A stretch of 64,000 bases of DNA from Balanoglossus misakiensis (Eukaryota > Animalia > Hemichordata), in the NCBI GenBank assembly GCA_040954595.2, contig JBECUI020000029.1, forward strand, positions 289,333 through 353,332, read 5' to 3'. A program made the translations under genes and the position numbers. This document shows, in pieces, positions 62,201 through 64,000 of this stretch (position 1 is its first letter; each line of letters begins with the position of its first letter). The notes under the pieces are model-generated. The model made no database searches. It had not been told where the DNA came from and worked only from the letters and a program-made list of their open reading frames with translations.

Positions 62201-64000
62201 AATGAACTCATCTGCTGTGGGCCAGTTTATTGGTGGCAGTTGAGCTGAGGAGAGCACCTTCCTTCCCGGCACGCCACCAAGTAAAGTTCCACGCCGCCCA
62301 CCACAGATGCCAGCATTCATTCATGCGAGTGAGTGTAATTGCAAATTTGCCTATTCTAGAATTCTTACGTGCCATTGGAGAGCTCCATTGACTGGTCATT
62401 CATACTGTTTTCATTCATTCATTGCGGCATCAATATATTTTATCTATTCTAGCCAAAGAGCTTGGCACCTGTTGAAATGAACTCATCTGCTGTGGGCCAG
62501 TTTATTGGTGGCAGTTGAGCTGAGGAGAGCACCTTCCTTCCCGGCACGCCACCAAGTAAAGTTCCACGCCGCCCACCACAGATGCCAGCATTCATTCATG
62601 CGAGTGAGTGTAATTGCAAATTTGCCTATTCTAGATCTGTAATGGAAATGGAGAAAGTACCTTATATTTTCTGTAAAATAGACATTTAATTGGCAAGCCG
62701 TCCTGCATCAATTATTAATTGTGTACATGCACTAAAGCGCCCTCACTGCTGGGTGTGTTGTATGGTCTTTAACCCTGTTTCAAATTAGAGTACTTTCTGC
62801 AATTTCAAGACAGATCTTACGTGCCATTGGAGAGCTCCATTGACTGGTCATTCATACTGTTTTCATTCATTCATTGCGGCATCAATATATTTTATCTATT
62901 CTAGCCAAAGAGCTTGGCACCTGTTGAAATGAACTCATCTGCTGTGGGCCAGTTTATTGGTGGCAGTTGAGCTGAGGAGAGCACCTTCTTTCCCGGCACG
63001 CCACCAAGTAAAGTTCCACGCCGCCCACCACAGATGCCAGCATTCATTCATGCGAGTGAGTGTAATTGCAAATTTGCCTATTCTAGAATCTTACGTGCCA
63101 TTGGAGAGCTCCATTGACTGGTCATTCATACTGTTTTCATTCATTCATTGCGGCATCAATATATTTTATCTATTCTAGCCAAAGAGCTTGGCACCTGTTG
63201 AAATGAACTCATCTGCTGTGGGCCAGTTTATTGGTGGCAGTTGAGCTGAGGAGAGCACCTTCTTTCCCGGCACGCCACCAAGTAAAGTTCCACGCCGCCC
63301 ACCACAGATGCCAGCATTCATTCATGCGAGTGAGTGTAATTGCAAATTTGCCTATTTACGTGCCATTGGAGAGCTCCATTGACTGGTCATTCATACTGTT
63401 TTCATTCATTCATTGCGGCATCAATATATTTTATCTATTCTAGCCAAAGAGCTTGGCACCTGTTGAAATGAACTCATCTGCTGTGGGCCAGTTTATTGGT
63501 GGCAGTTGAGCTGAGGAGAGCACCTTCCTTCCCGGCACGCCACCAAGTAAAGTTCCACGCCGCCCACCACAGATGCCAGCATTCATTCATGCGAGTGAGT
63601 GTAATTGCAAATTTGCCTATTCTAGATCTGTAATGGAAATGGAGAAAGTACCTTATATTTTCTGTAAAATAGACATTTAATTGGCAAGCCGTCCTGCATC
63701 AATTATTAATTGTGTACATGCACTAAAGCGCCCTCACTGCTGGGTGTGTTGTATGGTCTTTAACCCTGTTTCAAATTAGAGTACTTTCTGCAATTTCAAG
63801 ACAGATCTTACGTGCCATTGGAGAGCTCCATTGACTGGTCATTCATACTGTTTTCATTCATTCATTGCGGCATCAATATATTTTATCTATTCTAGCCAAA
63901 GAGCTTGGCACCTGTTGAAATGAACTCATCTGCTGTGGGCCAGTTTATTGGTGGCAGTTGAGCTGAGGAGAGCACCTTCTTTCCCGGCACGCCACCAAGT
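38295..64000 (+). repeat. Satellite array block 3 (runs off window end), with higher-order structure
   Basis: Same monomers and same start junction as block 2. The order of 265/452/275/274 variants recurs. Confidence 0.99.

Overview
Eukaryotic (probably animal) repetitive DNA. About 47 kb is a highly homogeneous tandem array in three blocks (1-11397, 19556-30141, 38295-64000), built from a 452-bp monomer and 274/275/265-bp derivatives. The array is interrupted twice by a near-identical ~8.2-kb gene cassette (11398-19555 and 30142-38294, offset ~18.74 kb). The cassette encodes (i) a Sola1/DUF7869-like DDD transposase split into two intact, divergently oriented ORFs, (ii) a 4-exon gene joining a winged-helix-like N-terminus to a SETD8/PR-Set7-like SET domain, and (iii) a His-Cys box (I-PpoI-like) His-Me finger endonuclease. 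Each monomer reads as a 151-nt AG/GTGAGT-bounded non-coding exon that folds into a long stem-loop, plus an intron holding a 177-bp TIR element. The shorter monomers lack that element and carry junctions resembling hairpin-type excision footprints. A diverged copy of the exon lies inside the cassette downstream of the nuclease, which suggests the satellite grew out of the cassette. A separate 424-bp TA-flanked MITE is inserted at 10846-11269. Family assignments come from recognising motifs by eye, not from database searches.
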